64,000 bases of DNA from Tubiluchus corallicola (GCA_030141605.1 JAQGDQ010000100.1:558001-622000), one strand, 5' to 3'. Positions 14,274 through 29,552 are shown, numbered from the stretch's first letter. The notes: generated by a model from the letters alone, not told the origin. Numbers and translations: made by a program.

Positions 14274-14660
14274 CATTTCAACTGGAAAAAACTTTCATTG
14301 TTCATGAATCACTCTACATCTTGACTCTGTAAGTGCAAAAAGTAAAAAGGAAATAGCGTATTGTGGCATGAGACCTGACTGCAAGGAAAGTGAAATCTTT
14401 GTTGAGTATTGGCGGGTGGATAGCTTTGGTAGCTGAAAGCATGTTAGATAAAGATTTGACTTTTGACTTTTGCGATGATAATAATGGTTTTCATATTTAC
14501 TTTTCATAGGTAAAAAGGGTGTTAAGCCAATCTTGGCCACGATTAGACGTCATTCAGAACTAATTGAAACATTAAGAAAAAAAAATCAACGTTACATTAA
14601 TCCACATGGAGACATTCGACCCGATGAAGAATCCAAAGGAATCCCTGTAAAGCAGTAAAG
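14274..14660 (+). pseudogene. Decayed paralogous copies of GABA-B-like gene exons 3 (3' part) and 4
   Basis: catttcaactggaaaaaa...ctctacatcttgactct|gtaagtgcaaaa matches 18782-18850; ttacattaatccacatggagacattcgacccgatgaagaatcca matches 19182-19225; contains an in-frame stop and indels. Confidence 0.75.
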
Positions 14661-16096
14661 GTCAGTATTTTACGTCTCTGTATTGCTGCATATCTAATAT
14701 TTTATATTTTCGATGATTATTATTGCATCAGCAACAATGATGGCAGTTATGATTAAAATAAAGCTGTGCAAAAAGTCTTAGCAGTATACATTGAGCAAGC
14801 CTTTAAGTAATACCTACGTTACAATCGTCTTTATTGCCGTCATCATCGTTAATGTCATTACTATTTTAATTGTCACCACCATCACTATCACCATCAACTT
14901 TTATCATTATCAATTTCAGTAACAACAATGACAAAAAAACGACAATTAGAAGAGCTTTGAAGAGCAATTCTAACAAACTTCATGGTCAACAGCAACAACA
15001 GAGACGTGTTAATGCTATAATGTTAACGTGTGTCTAAATGCTGTTAACGTGCGTTGAAATAATTGTAATTTATACAAACATTAGCCTAATTCTTTTCCGG
15101 TTTTGCTTTAATAAATTAATGACGGTAACAGGCTAACGAATTTTCTCTACATACTATAATTATCGCACCCTGTATTGTGATGCAGTAATAAGTTTCACCA
15201 AATAAACACGAGGTTTGGCCAAGTACGCTTACATCGTGCATCATTATAAAGGTCATGTAAACAGTAATTTTGCGCTTGTTTGTGATCTGCACGTTTTGAT
15301 TCGACCAGTTTTACTTGGTCTTTACTGAATGCACTCTGTCTCTGTAAGAATTGGGATCATTCCTTATTGTACCCAAGGGAACAACAGACACAGCATTACT
15401 TTATTTTGTTATGAAAATGTAATGTTTTCCTATGCTATATTTTCCACTATTTAGATAACAGGGCAGAACGCCAGTAAATAGATGGATGACTTCTGTTTTC
15501 ATTACTGGACGTTCTATGCGTTTTGGGCTGTTTCATTCGCTACACTAATTGTGTTTGCTTGGATATGCACACCAGAGATAATTACTTTGATAATAAGTCA
15601 GGTTGTGGCATTCGTTTAAGTAATTCCTGCCAAGGAGTACTGGAATGCCGTTTGCAGTGTACTAAACTGTGTAAAAAATGACACAGTTTTGTCATTTGTT
15701 TTATGACTTTTCATCGCCAATAAATAACATCTCTGTGTCCCAGGCATTTTTTCTCTCGTTCTGGAAATATATCAATAATTTACAAGGCGAGATGGCGCTG
15801 ATCTTCGAAAAACGAAAAATATGGTTCGATATAAGCGTCTTTTCAACTCTGTGGTCTTTTCCCACAAGACGGCTCGTTACGTTATGTGAATAATCTTGCA
15901 CTTGCGCAATTAGAACTTGCATTATCTGAGATGAGATTTATTTCTCTCTTTGTGTACTAATAATATGCTTTTGCATTTGTCCAGGAAGTGCTAAAGTGTC
16001 ACATATTCACCAATTAATTTCTTCAGTTCTTGCACTCTGGATAAAAACTTATTACGGGCAGTTTTTTGTGGACTGACACAAGTTACTCATTAAGTT

Positions 16097-18937
16097 ATGG
16101 TGGCTGGTGGCGATCTCGTTATTATTTTGGGTTTCTTCGTCGTTTTCGTGTATTGTCTCATTGCGGCTACAAGTCAAGAAATTGCCTACACTCACGGTGT
16201 CGAAATTCGCGAGGCAAATGACGACAGGAATAATTCTAAGATGTTTAGAGATATTCATGTTGCTTTATTGCTCCCAATAACTGGCACGTGGAGAGCCGGT
16301 CTTTCTCATTTAGCAGCATATGAAATTGCGTTGAACATGATTAACAAAAGATATGATATTCTGAGCGGCTACAGGATAGTGGCGCATTATGCAGACACAA
16401 ATGTAAGATTATAGACTTTTTAACCCTTTTTGTTTCATTATTCAGTGTTGCGTTTAGGCAAGTTAATGTCATGTACATGTATCCTGAAAGTATTATTTTT
16501 TAATTGCAGTGCAGTCCAGGATGGGGCGTAAACGTTATGCAGAAGCTGGTTTTCACCCCGCCAACTAAACTTATGCTTTTGGGTGACTCTTGCTCACCCG
16601 TTACCGAAGCTACAGCTCAGGTATCTCATTATTGGAATCTCATACAGGTAAGTTTCACTCAGCCAGGAAAGTGAAATGATACCTAATTTTCCACTGTCTT
16701 AATCGTAACATTGCTATGAACGATGCTAAGAATAGGTTGAAACGTATTTCGAAGTATTGAAATGATCTTTAGATGAAAGGAAGTGCAAGTGAAAAATTCA
16801 GTTTAGTTTAAACGTAGGTTTACTGTAATAACATAAATTACAATGTAACTAGAACAAGACAGCTCTACATCTGATAAACGCTCTTCATCGGCAATGAACA
16901 CTTAAGTAGCGTTTATGTATCATCCGGATGCGGATGCGTTTTAGGGGTGCGGAATAGATAAAATCGGTTTATATTGTTTTCCATGCACCCGTTTATGCAG
17001 CCTGCGTATGTGTTATTCTTTTTCTGCAGCTATTCCTGTTGATTTTCTCCGCAGGCTGTTCCGCATGAAAACGTATCCGCATCCGGGTGCTACATAAACG
17101 CCTCTTGGGAAGAGTGCAGACAATAACTACAAAGAGTAGACGTATTACAGTATGACTACTAGCATACATAGCATAATGTTGACAATAACATTAGTATTAT
17201 CATGTAAACAGTGCAAACTAATACAGTGATTAGAAGCACTTAATAAGAAAAATAATTTTCTGTTAAATATGCGAAAAATACGTTTAAATAAAAAATTCTT
17301 GCTGAGTCGGGATTTGAGTTTGAGAACCTTGAATTGTAGGTCGAATGCCATAATATATTGATACGTATATAATGTTCTTTATTGCAAATGTTACACAAAT
17401 ACACTTACGACATGAACTGTCTAACTATTATTATGCTTATTATGATATTGGTTGTAATTGGTTACGAGGTCCACGCAGTTCCTTTTGGTCAACCAATTTA
17501 GAAGACTTAAATTTAATGAGAAAAAGCCGGGATTGATCCCGGATTTGAGCCAACGAGTTTGCGTCATTGTGTAGCAATCAATATGCAACAATTTCTGCGT
17601 CATTATGTAACAATCATTATGTTACAAAAAGTAAAAAAGTAAAGCAATATTAAAGATGTTATGTGGGATTCATCGTTGTCTGTGGTTGGGTCTTGTCACG
17701 GTCCGGATGAAATCTAATTGTAGGACTGGGTCAATTTCTTTCTGTTCTAAGTGTGGGTCTAACTCCAGTTTCGTTTGGTCTGGTCCTTGGCTGGGCTGTC
17801 TGGACCTAGTCTGTTTGAAGTCTGGTCTGTCAGAGTTTCATACTTTACATATTTTCGTACTATTCTTTTGGGTTTTAACACTACCGGCAGTCAAACATTT
17901 TAAACTCACGAATGACACCATCACTGCTCATTTCGATTATACTGATCACCAAAAGGTGGCAAGCACCTTTTACCCTGCTGTGATGTTATGTGGGTAAATT
18001 GAGTAGGTAAAAATACTGAAGATTTTCTCGCATCAGTTACCAGACTGACTTTGTTGAATCAATTCCCAATCATTAGGAGGAAAATGGAGTGTGTGCGTGT
18101 GCGTGCGTGCGTGTGTGCGTGCGTGCGCGCGCGTGTGTGTGTGTGTGTGTGTAAGTGCATATATCTGTAAGTGCATATATATATATGCAAGTGCAACGTC
18201 TATATATATATAGACGTTGATCTTTTTTTACGTTGGCACTTCTGTGACAGATCAGAACTCAGATTAGAAACGCAACAAACCAATCACAGCTCAGACATTT
18301 GACATATCAGACGTCAGATTTAAGGCAAATCAATCACAGATTAGATCACTGAGACAAGGCCAAGCCAGAGTCAAACTCACATCTAGAACAAAAAGAAACC
18401 AACCCTATCCAATAATTAAAGCAATCCAACCGCACACCACGACCAAGACTACATTAGCTTTATTACGTAATAAATAATTCTTGTTACTAAATTGTAACTT
18501 GAAATTTGAAATTTGTGGTTTGTTACGTATGCAGCACGTTATGTCACATAATGCTACATTGTTATATGATGGGCGTTTTGTTACATAATGAATCTTAACA
18601 AATGGTTATTTATTACAATCATAATGTTGACCTGGTGTTGATTATTAGATCTTTTTACTCTGTTTAGATTTCACCTGGTTCAATATCACCAGCCTTATCA
18701 AATCGAGAAAAGTATCGGAAGTTTTTTCGAATCGCAGCATCTCAACTGGACGTGAATCCGGTGAGAATCAATCTCATGAAACATTTCAACTGGAAAAAAG
18801 TTGCCGTTATTCAAGAATCTCTCTACATCTTTACATCTGTAAGTGCAAAAAATGAAAATCGAATGGTGTTTATTTATGTATAGGAATTCGTTAGTGCAAA
18901 AATACTTCGTTAAAGCGTAATGCGTTTAACTGTATGA

Positions 18938-18974
<37 letters not shown>

Positions 18975-19016
18975 GAGAGAAAGGGAGAGAACAGAAGTGC
19001 TGGAGGAAAAGAAAGA

Positions 19017-19080
<64 letters not shown>

Positions 19081-22000
19081 AAACGAGTGAGAGAAAGAAA
19101 GGGGATTAATTTGTGCAGTTTAAAATTTCATTTATTTTACAGCTTACATATGAGTTTTTGCCGTTATTTATCAAAGAAAATTTTACATTAATCCACATGG
19201 AGATCTTTGATCCAGCGAAAAATCCATCCGAAGCACTGGATGCCATTATAGTATGTACTCATTACGATTTTAGTGCTTTTGCGAATACTAGGTTATAAAT
19301 GTTTAGATTCCGGTCACGCCACAAGCATCGCGCTGAGGAAGGCCTGTCGTTGAATATTACTTCCATACCATAAACTTTTTATTTCGGCTTGACTAGCACA
19401 ACCGGGAAAAAACATCATAGCCGAGGATCGTATTTGAGATGCCGTCGCGTGCCTTTGTTTCAAGTATTCTGAAGCTACTCTAAATAAGACGATAAGGCGA
19501 TACTGTCAGGTCATTGTCATACTTCGACATTCATAATATTTAAAATTTATATACGTCAACACCGGTCGAAAGTTAACTTTGTGAATGTACTGCGTATGTA
19601 CGTGTGTGAATATACTATGCAATTATAGGCACCCAAGTATTACAACTATAAATTGTAGATAGAATTCTAATATAAGCGTGTGTGCATATTTGAGTGTATC
19701 GCTTAACTGAAAAGCTTTCTCATTTTTATTTGGCTAACGGCAAGATTTCCATGCAATACAGTATACGTATCTCATATGTTATTCACTGTTGTCTGTGCTA
19801 TCCTTTGTTCAATACGTCTACAATCCACGTGTAATTTTATTGGATTTAGGTTATTTTAATTAACTAAAAGCATGGTTTTCGATTTTTATGACAGAGAAGT
19901 GGCGCAAGGATCATCTTTGGAGGGTTTTATGAAGCCAGAGCTATTCAGGTCTTTTGTCATGTAAGTGTACACAGATTTTCTGAGCGTATAAAATTTTCTC
20001 CTCGTTGTTTGCAAAGATTAATGCATGCGCGTGATTAGAAAATTTTATTTTGTAGTAAGTTGTTACTTAACGTAGTTGACAAAAACATATGAGAAACAAG
20101 GCGACCGCCATCAGTACAAAACTTTATAACGTCATTCTTCTGTGGTTATTTCCGCCATGACGATAATTTTGCATTTCAGAAAAGGATTTCTTTTACTGTG
20201 TAATAAGTCAAACAGGCAGCCGATTTCGATTTCTTTACCTCAATTGCTTGCACGCGCGCTTGAAATTAAATATAATCCCTGAATTAAGGAAGCTAATAAA
20301 ACACGACTCACATTTATGCTTTTCTTTGATTTACAGTGCTATCTACGGGGCTTCTATGGAAGCAGAGTGCAGTGGATTATTAATGGATTCTTTGATGATA
20401 ATTGGTTCACAAGAGAGGATCCTAATAAATTCGGGTGCACCTTAGAACAGGTACTAAGATGACAGTTTAGTTAAAATATTTACTGACAATCATATCGGTA
20501 TATCCTTGGTAATTTTTTTTATTGCACATACAGGTGAAGATAGCCATGAACGGATACATTGCCACAGGGGCTCAGTATGCGACTCCTTACGAAAGGCGAG
20601 GTCTGGCAAATGTAACTGTGTCTGAATTTCGAAAGAAATACAACCAGCATGTTAACTACAAGGATTTATGGGGACAAAGGTTTTACATTTTGTTGTCATC
20701 GTAAATGCAAATTAACTTTCTTATCTTTAAAACGAAGAGGTGATTGATTTTTTTTGTAAAAAAGATAGGGAGATACCATTAATCCAAATCTGTCATAGCG
20801 AAAATCTGCACAAGCAAAGAAACAAATTTACTAGAGTAATCCTAGTGCAAAAATTTTGCTTAGTTGCAAGCGTATTTACATAAATAAAAATACATTAGTA
20901 AAACATGCTCATAAATTTATTTTTGGAGTTACAATACTTGAGATTAAGCTAAAATATAAACAAATTATTATTTATTGATTAGGATAATTATCGATTATAG
21001 GCTAAATGTATAGCTCGTACATAAGAGAAAATAAAAAAGCAGGTTAAGACTCATTAAATCTATGCAAAATATGTTTACGTAGTAAACCAGCTAAGGAGAT
21101 ACCAGCCACGTAAAGAGTAAACTGCAAAAAACGAGAACTGATTCCGGGCAAATTCAAAATACGTTATTTGTTTTGAAAATTATTGTGCTAACTTTGGTTC
21201 CATTCGCTGGCATTACGGGGTTTGCGATAGTCATTACGAAAACAATGTTCATGCGTTTGCAACTACCTTGCTACATTGCTAATCTGTTTTGGCTGCTCGT
21301 GTAGGTACGCAGAATGGGTATTTGACTGCATGTGGGCAGTGGCTGATTGCTTGAACAGAACTGCAACGGAATTAGCAAAACAAGGTGAACGATAAGAATT
21401 GCAAATCATTTTGTTGTTTTGTATAAGATTTATAGTTTTGCAAAAGACAACAGAGACTTAACTAGTGCATAAAGTATAGTATAACAAGCTAAAATTGTCT
21501 ACTTTTGTGCAGGAAAGGGTTTAGAGGACTTCACTTACTCTGATCTCAATTTTACTGACTTGATGTTCGACCAAATGTCTAGTACTAATTTCTTTGGCAC
21601 GCGAGGCGAAGTCAGGTTTGATGAAACAGGGACCGCAATCAGTAAGGTCAGAATAGCCCAATTTCAGAGTAAGTATTGGAATTCATTGTGTCTTCAAGTG
21701 AGTTCCTTTAGAAGTACACTGGTCTATCTTTAGTTCCAGAGCAATTTTACTAAGTCAATGACGACACACACATTGTAACGTGACACTAATATGACACATG
21801 TGATACTATAGCATACTAGTATACTATTTTGTATACTGTCCACCGTAAGTGGCGTCATCCACTGACGAAAAATAAGTGTGTGCTTGTGAACTTTTGCGAT
21901 ACATTCTCGCAACTTTAAAATTAGGCTGTTCAACCTGTTTTACATTCCCTTTCTGCGTAGTGAGTAATTTTTTCCTTTTCAACATTTTAATTTTGAGTAT

Positions 22001-23411
22001 TTCCGGTCTTAATGCCAAAGCTTTATATGTTCTTGTGTTTATAACTTCACTTATAAAAAATTACGAAATCAATAATTTAGATTTATCCACGTTTCAGCAA
22101 TGTTACCGGTAATAAAGCAAATCTATATGCAGTTACAGTATGACTGCAAAGCAAAAACAAACATACATTAACATTGCTGCACGTATAACAAAATGCTCAA
22201 TGTGTGCAGGAATTAGTGTTTGTCAGAGTAATTTGTCACTAGCTAAAATGTAGCCTTCATATTTGCTTACTACGCGAACACATCTGCAGATGGTACCGTG
22301 AAGACTATAGGAGCTTTTTACGCTGAAGAAGAAATCAGTGAAACAAAATGCCTTAATGCTTTCGTTTGGAACAGTAAGTTATTTAAACATCCTTTAGAAT
22401 TATTTGGATGTGTAAATATAATCTTATTGTTTATTTTTTTCGAAACAATTATAAGCTATAAATATATGAAAGCTAGATTGTGCAAAAAGTGTTTCTACAA
22501 GTACTTTAACTTTAAGAGTTGAAAGCCGAAAAACACAACATGATTTTAGACAGAATAAACAGTGCTTTACAGCAAACAATGGCTAGGGTTGAAGTAAAAA
22601 TTTTAATGACAAATTCAGCACAATGGGTAATAGTTAGGTAGTCGGTTAGTCAGTCGGTCACTTGAGTGCTCCGTTGAGTAACTAGCTGAATCAAGAAACA
22701 CTTAGTGTTCAAGACAGGTCTTATTTAATCCTATTAACTCACACCAAAGATCAGGCTATCCGTGACTTTCTAGTGTTAGTGAACACATGCTTATAGTGCG
22801 CTCAATAACCATTGGAAATGGTACATTAGTTTGTGAGCTATTTAGATCGCATTGAGATTGTTTTGGTCTGTAGGGCTGTGTAACCTGACGATTAGGACGT
22901 TAGAATCTGACTGATGTCAGACTTTTATATTTCTTTTTCGGCCACGTTTTGTTACAAAATTCATCAAACTGTGAGTTTATTGAATAACTCACTATAATTC
23001 ACTATGTTATTATTTTTAGCGGATACTGGGTTTCCTCCTCTTGATGGTCCTATCATAAAGTTGACTTACCTCCTGGTGGATAAAAAAGCATATGCTGCCA
23101 TGTCTGTTTTGTCTTCGCTAGGAATTCTGATAGCCATTGGTTTCTTGATTTTTAATGTAAAGTATAAAAATATGAGGTAAGTATAAATGTATACTGTTTC
23201 TGTGATGACCCGAATTTAGTGAAGTAAATTAGCTTTTTGGTCTCACTATTCGTCGCAACAAAGGAAGCCTCAAAGTACGAAGACATGTACATAACTAGAT
23301 AACTATAGCTACTGTCATTTATCCTGTTAAACGTTTATTAATCGTAAGCTACCGTTCTTAGGTTTTCAACTCCGTCCATCTCTCTCTCTCCCGCTCTCTC
23401 CCGCTCGCTCT

Positions 23412-23457
<46 letters not shown>

Positions 23458-26400
23458 TTATAATCATGTACTAACTATATGTTAACTTACATTTACTGTA
23501 TGAGATAAGTAAAAATAAATTTTATATTCGAATAATAAAATCTTGTCAGTCTTATACACATCGTGTGTGCCTATTACTGCTTGGCGCTGCTACCGCTGCT
23601 GTTATTACTGCTACTGCTGTTACTACAAGCACTACCCTTTCATTATTTTAGAGTTGTCAAAATGTCGTCACCGAATATTAACAGCTTAATTTTAATTGGA
23701 TGTACACTTTTCTACACGGCGGTATTCTGTGCTGAGACTGCACCCACTAAACGCACTGTTTATGTATGCACGGTAAGAATTTCCAGAGTCGAATCTAAAC
23801 GTTGGTGGAATTGAACATTATTAGTATATTACCTGAGGGCATTTATGCTTGAAAAAAAGTAAGGTGTTGAAACGTAAAGCGAAATGCATAACTTTCACTC
23901 GACATTTCGAAATATACATTAACTATTTGCCGCTTGATAATATGGTAAGTGAATAAGAGACATATTCTATTGAGTTACTTTGTTTCCGAAGTAACTCTAT
24001 AACACCTTCTATTTTGCCATGTGGTCTTTCTCGTTCTCATTGTTCACGTAACAAGTTTTTGGCCAGGTTTTATGCTATGTCACGTCATAATAGAGTTACC
24101 ACGTATTCGAAATGTTTGTGATAAAACGGATTCAGTAGCAACGGTAAGTAGCATTCTAACTAATATATTCACGAAGAAAAGGATTCCAAGGGCAAAAAAC
24201 TTAATAAGCTAATAACCGTATCCTATATCACATTCCAGTTTAGTAATAGATGCACGACGAATACGGATTACATTTCTGATTTAGTTATTTTGCCCTATTT
24301 AGATCTTTTTTTATAATGCTGTTGCAGATTCGAAATCTGCTCCTTGTAAGTGGTTTCTCTCTTGCCTTTGGAGCTCTTTTCTCAAAAACGTATCGGATAC
24401 ATTATATCTTTACAGATAAAGATCTGCATAAGCGCAAAGTAAGTGCTTGTACATAATTATGTTAATATTACAAAAATATAATCTTATTCATACACTTCCT
24501 TTAGTTAAGGTTTCAATAATATAACTTATAAGATATTCAAAAATACATAAAATTTAAAAACTTCTTATTAGTGTTGTTGTTGGATTCCCAACTTGGGAAA
24601 ATTGCATTAACTACATAAATGCATCCTATATCAAAAGTTAAAAGACTGTAATTATTCTGGTATGTCTTACCTCGTTTTGTGAAAAGCCACTCTAATGTAT
24701 ATATTATCTTTATAATGCAATCGTTTGTGCTTGTACAGCAAGGTGTGGATCTATAGCAACATCCTGTATAATGTGCGCCAATTTGAAACAAATAATGAGT
24801 AACATAGAAAATTCGGTTTAAAATTTTAAGTTGAGACCATTTTGCAAGTTTGTCGTCTTGTATTTCAATTATGTCGAACAATAGCAACATCTTATAGTAA
24901 ATTAAATACTGTACGATATGGAACATAGCACAGAAATATTTGTTGTGGTATGCTGTTAATAATTTTTGGCTTGGTATTACATTGCAGGTTATGAAAGACA
25001 GGCAGCTATTAGTAATTGTCTTAACATTATTCGCTGTAAATGCTGTTATATTTATTCTTTGGGTTACAATTTCACCTGCTACAGTCAATACTACACGTGC
25101 TATTCCGCAGGTACGTAACAAGGACTTCACTTTGGTAGTACGTAAATTTGATTTACCAGTTTAACATAACATAAGCTTTTGCTTGCGGGGTACAAAAACA
25201 ACGAAAAGCAGAGAACAATTATTGCATCAAAGTTTTGCCTAAAGACTATAGAATCTATCATGCCCTCAACATTTATAGTGGACGCCTCGCGTGTCAGATA
25301 AATCTTCAGTGTTGAGGATGTATCATAGGAGGTTCAAAGAGAACTTTACGATCCTCCAAAACATCTTGTAAATGTGTCACAAGCTTGCCTTTAAATACTC
25401 ATCAATCCTTTGGCAAATTCTTTGATCATTTTATAACTGACGCATGCGATGCAATTTGTCTGCAGCAAGATGTCTGATACAAATTTTTGCTAGATTGTGG
25501 GCTAGATAAAACGCTGTTTAACCAACTTTGTCACACACAGATTTTTATTAAACATGCTTGTTCCAACTGATAATGTAATAACAAAAAATTAACGCATAAT
25601 GTAGTAAAAATCAACGCATAGTGTAATAAAATTAACGGATAATGTGATAAAAAACTTAACGCATAATGTAAGACCCCTAAAAACGCTCGAAGTTAAACGC
25701 ATATTGTAGCACCACACAACGCGTATTGTAGTAACAAACATTCTAACAGATGAAGTCTAAAAATTGATATTTTTTTCATGTCTTTTGTGAAATGATACAT
25801 ATTATATGGGATATTTCAAAATCTCATGATATCATTTTAATGTGTGAATATGCTGATCATATCGAATGAAAAGAAACAGTAAAAATATATTGCCCAAAGA
25901 CGATCTTTCGATGACTCTCGTGTAAAACATGTTGAACAACACGTTGTTGGGTTCTGTACAAAATTCAAGAGAACCTCGATCTTTTATGTACGGATCAATA
26001 ACATAATATAAAGCTGTACAAACAAATGCGAAATTCGAAAAGATAAAGTTAAATTTTTAAATGAAAAGTATCAAACAAATCCCAGTGTTAGCTAATTACG
26101 TTATTTCATGGTTTCAATGACTCCAATCAATAATTAGCCAGTCTCCGACAGATGCAAAACGCAAAGCTAATTTATCCAGTGATCATTTTGTATGTCGAAG
26201 TAGCAATGCCACGAGCGCATGCATCTCACGTTTGGTTTAATTAACTTGCATGCTTTTGCATCTTAAGACACGTCGTTTTTTGGCAGTTTGATTGGATACA
26301 AAAGTACACATGTATTTAAAATGACAATTTTTTCTAGACTACGCACGCGTCGTTTTGATTACTCTTTTTTCTCGCAATGTGGTTGGGGGGAAAAGGCGTG

Positions 26401-29187
26401 GTTTCACGGTGTATTATTATTATTAAAATAAAACTCAAGCCCATAAATGCGCATTATAAAACTTTATGAGGTATCTACGACCAATTGATTGGACTTATTA
26501 AAACCGGCGGCATGGATGTGATATAAAATAATCAGCTTACACCAGCTTTTATTCGATACTTTTCATTTAAAAATCTGGAAAAAAGATACCTATACTTTCC
26601 ACTACGAAACTCTTTTTTCCTTACCCTCCTTTTGAAAAAGCTCTTTTAAAACCGACATGTGCTTTTCTTGAAAAGGAAACACATTTTCTCACGATTTGAT
26701 GATGAAATGATGACGATGAATTGATCTCGCAATGAAAATGAAACACGCTTTTCTTAAAAATACACAAGTTTTTATTCCCAATTTGGTTACCAGAGATTAC
26801 TATAAACTAGTTGATACATAGGTGCTTTATCTTTATGCTTTATGTATATATATATATATACTCCGTCTTTATGTCCTTGAGTTCTGCCCTGCTCGATATG
26901 TGCACAGTAATTTAAAAACAGTGACACTGAGAATCTGCTGATATTTTTCAACCAAAGTAAATTTTATTTCAGATTATCAATGAAGACCTGATTAATCAAC
27001 CGTTGATTGACGTCTGCGTTTCTGCTTATGAAATGTATTTTGTTGGCACGTTGTATGTTATACAAGGTTTATTACTATTTACCGGAGCTTTGCTAGCTTG
27101 GGAAACTAGAAAAGTATGAAATTACAATCGCTACTATCTTCGGTATTATTATTATTGCCATTATCATTACCATTATTACTACGACTGCGATCACTGCCAC
27201 CAATATCACCATCACCTTGTCCTCGTCATTAGCATTATCAGTACTGTTCTAACTCTCCACATCATCCACATCATTGTTGTCATCACATCGTCTATTTTTA
27301 TCATCATTATCATCATCATCAGAAGAAGCATCGTCATCATCATCATCATCATCATCATCGTCGTCGTCATCGCCATAGTCGTCACTATAGGCAGTCTGCA
27401 AAAGCCCGAGTCTATGGTTGACAAGCATATAAATAGTTAGTATTACCACCAACGTTTTGATACTATATCCGGCCAGTATTTCTTCAGTACCTTTGTACTA
27501 TGAGAATGGATTTTGAAAAAAATAAGTTTTTGAAACAATTATCACAAAGCCTCATACTGCGTAATTATGAATTTGACTTTTATTTTAATTACAATGCACC
27601 TGAAACCACTTTTCTGCGCAGTCTACCAGTGCAATTATTGAAGATTTGCAATTAAAATTTCAGGTAAAGATAGAAGCTTTGAACGATTCACAGCAGATTG
27701 GAGTTTGCATTTACAATGCAGTTGTTTTATCTCTGATGGCAGTTGCCATTAGTTACCTTGTGAATGAGAATCCGACTGTAAAATACGTTCTTATGTCTTC
27801 GCTCATTATACTAGGGACAACCGTAACCCAAGGACTTCTGTTTGTACCTAAAGTAAGCCACATAAAACTGCATCACCTGATACTGTTTTAAAATTTGCTT
27901 ATTTTAGGCATAGTTTTTGTGAATTGTGATAAGTTTTCTAATATATATTATAGCACACAAAACAAAACAAAAATTCCTAGAAGCACGGCAAGCAAGATAA
28001 CAGCTCTGAAAAACTAAACATCCAATTTCTCCCTTTCCACGTCTGGTCTACACCCAACTTTTTTCTCGTGCGAAACTAGCACGTTAACTAGCAAATAATA
28101 ATAAATAAACTTGTGAATGATTGAAACCTCACAATTCAATAATCCACGCTGATTTCTGTGCACTGATTCCATTTTTCTACACTGATTTTTTTTTGTATAA
28201 AAATTTAAATAAAAACTGTTTACATTACATTGTCATTTTTCACTGCAAACTATCATTTTTAAATTGGCAAAAAAATTAACGTAGAAGCAAAATTACACCC
28301 TGAAAGTATAACAAGTGTAATGGCTAACACTTTCGAAAAATAGACCTAGTAAAAAGTCATGTCACAATTGTGTATTCTATTTTGATAACTTTGCCTGACT
28401 TAATGCATTTTGATACTTTTACATGTAGTTAAAGCATTGATAGATAAGTGATTTTCAAAATAAATATTCAACTCGATATATTTGCTAGGATTTAGCTTTA
28501 ATCAATTTTTTACAACTGCTATTTGAACTTAATAAACAACCTTTTAACGGCACAGAGTTTCCATATAGTCAAATCCTATTATTTTTTGCCAGGTGTATCA
28601 ATTACGTCACTTAAACACTGATGTTGGGGATAACATGTCTAGATTACCAACTATAACAGGTGAAAGTTTAAAAGCGGAACAAACTCTGGCGAATGAGTTA
28701 AAACAATGCAAAGATAAGATAATAGAGGTAAAAATCAAGCGTTTGTGCAAAACATTTAAAATTTTGGAAGGCGATTTTTACTGGCTCTCAAACTGAGGAA
28801 AACTGGATCCCTTTCGATAATAATTTCTTTATTGATGCAGTTGATGGTAAAATCCACTTTTATTACTGCAGTTGACCAGTCAGCTGAAATAGGCTAACAC
28901 ATGGGTGAAAAGATTTTTCAGTTATTATTAAGGTTATTGTAACATTAATAAACTGCGACGTCAACATTAAATGTATTTTTAAGATAAACGTATTTATTAT
29001 TGTGGCTGTTTTTTTTGCCATGATTAAATAATTCCTTGTATGTACAATAGTTTGAAAATGCATGCAAAACGTCACATGCTCATCTTAATGATAAATTTAT
29101 TGTAACTTTTTATAGTATGAGCGACTATTAAGAGAACTCACTGGAACAAGTCACCAGGTTTTACATGAGAAGCAAGACAACTTGTAG
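16097..29187 (+). CDS. GABA-B receptor-like class C GPCR, 18 exons: 16097-16402, 16510-16647, 18668-18838, 19143-19250, 19895-19960, 20337-20450, 20534-20679, 21305-21384, 21513-21668, 22290-22373, 23020-23176, 23652-23771, 24328-24438, 24988-25110, 26973-27113, 27664-27852, 28593-28727, 29116-29187
   Basis: Signal peptide. Venus-flytrap motifs LLGDSCSPVT, SPALSNREKYRKFFR, HFNWKKVAVI, ARIIFGGFY, FDCMWAVA, FFGTRGEVRF. 7TM motifs VKMSSPNINSLILIG, AFGALFSKTYRI, LAWETRKVKIEALNDSQQIGVCIYN, LFVPK. Short C-terminal coiled coil. GT-AG junctions are phase-compatible. Confidence 0.9.
16904..17106. mobile_element. MITE in GPCR intron 2
   Basis: ~35-bp TIRs gcgtttatgtatcatccggatgcggatgcgtttt / aaaacgtatccgcatccgggtgctacataaacgc. 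Confidence 0.7.
18940..19095. repeat. (GA)n microsatellite
   Basis: Read directly. Confidence 0.95.
25558..25740. mobile_element. Transposon-arm-like fragment with ~22-bp subrepeats (aacgcataatgtaataaaa)
   Basis: Tandem degenerate units beginning tgttccaactgataatg; a reverse-oriented relative lies at ~30000-30286. Confidence 0.45.
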
Positions 29188-29549
29188 GAAACGAAGTGAC
29201 AAAGCTCTAGAACATGTCATGAAAAGACTTAGAGCTATATGTAAAACAACATAATGATTCACGCATGGCAACTAAAGTTATTGTGCATTCAAACGCTATT
29301 ATATTATTTGTGTATTGTTTAATTTGTCTTTAGACCTTGAAGGGAAGAAAGTGTGTGAGACGTTCATTCGTTATTTCTGATTATAGAACGAACGCTATGG
29401 TACTAAATGTTGTAGTTGTTGTACTAAATGTTATTTAGCCAACATCTGGCTAAATAAACTGAGATGTCGAAAACCAATGCCGAACATCGTCTCAGTGCAT
29501 TTAACAAAATGTTGGCATGTGAAACCAACTTATAGTGCCACAGATTCAT

Positions 29550-29552
<3 letters not shown>

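Noticed and set aside
24537-25130. 197-aa minus-strand ORF
   Set aside because: Antisense to GPCR exon 14 and AT-rich intron; no recognisable motifs.
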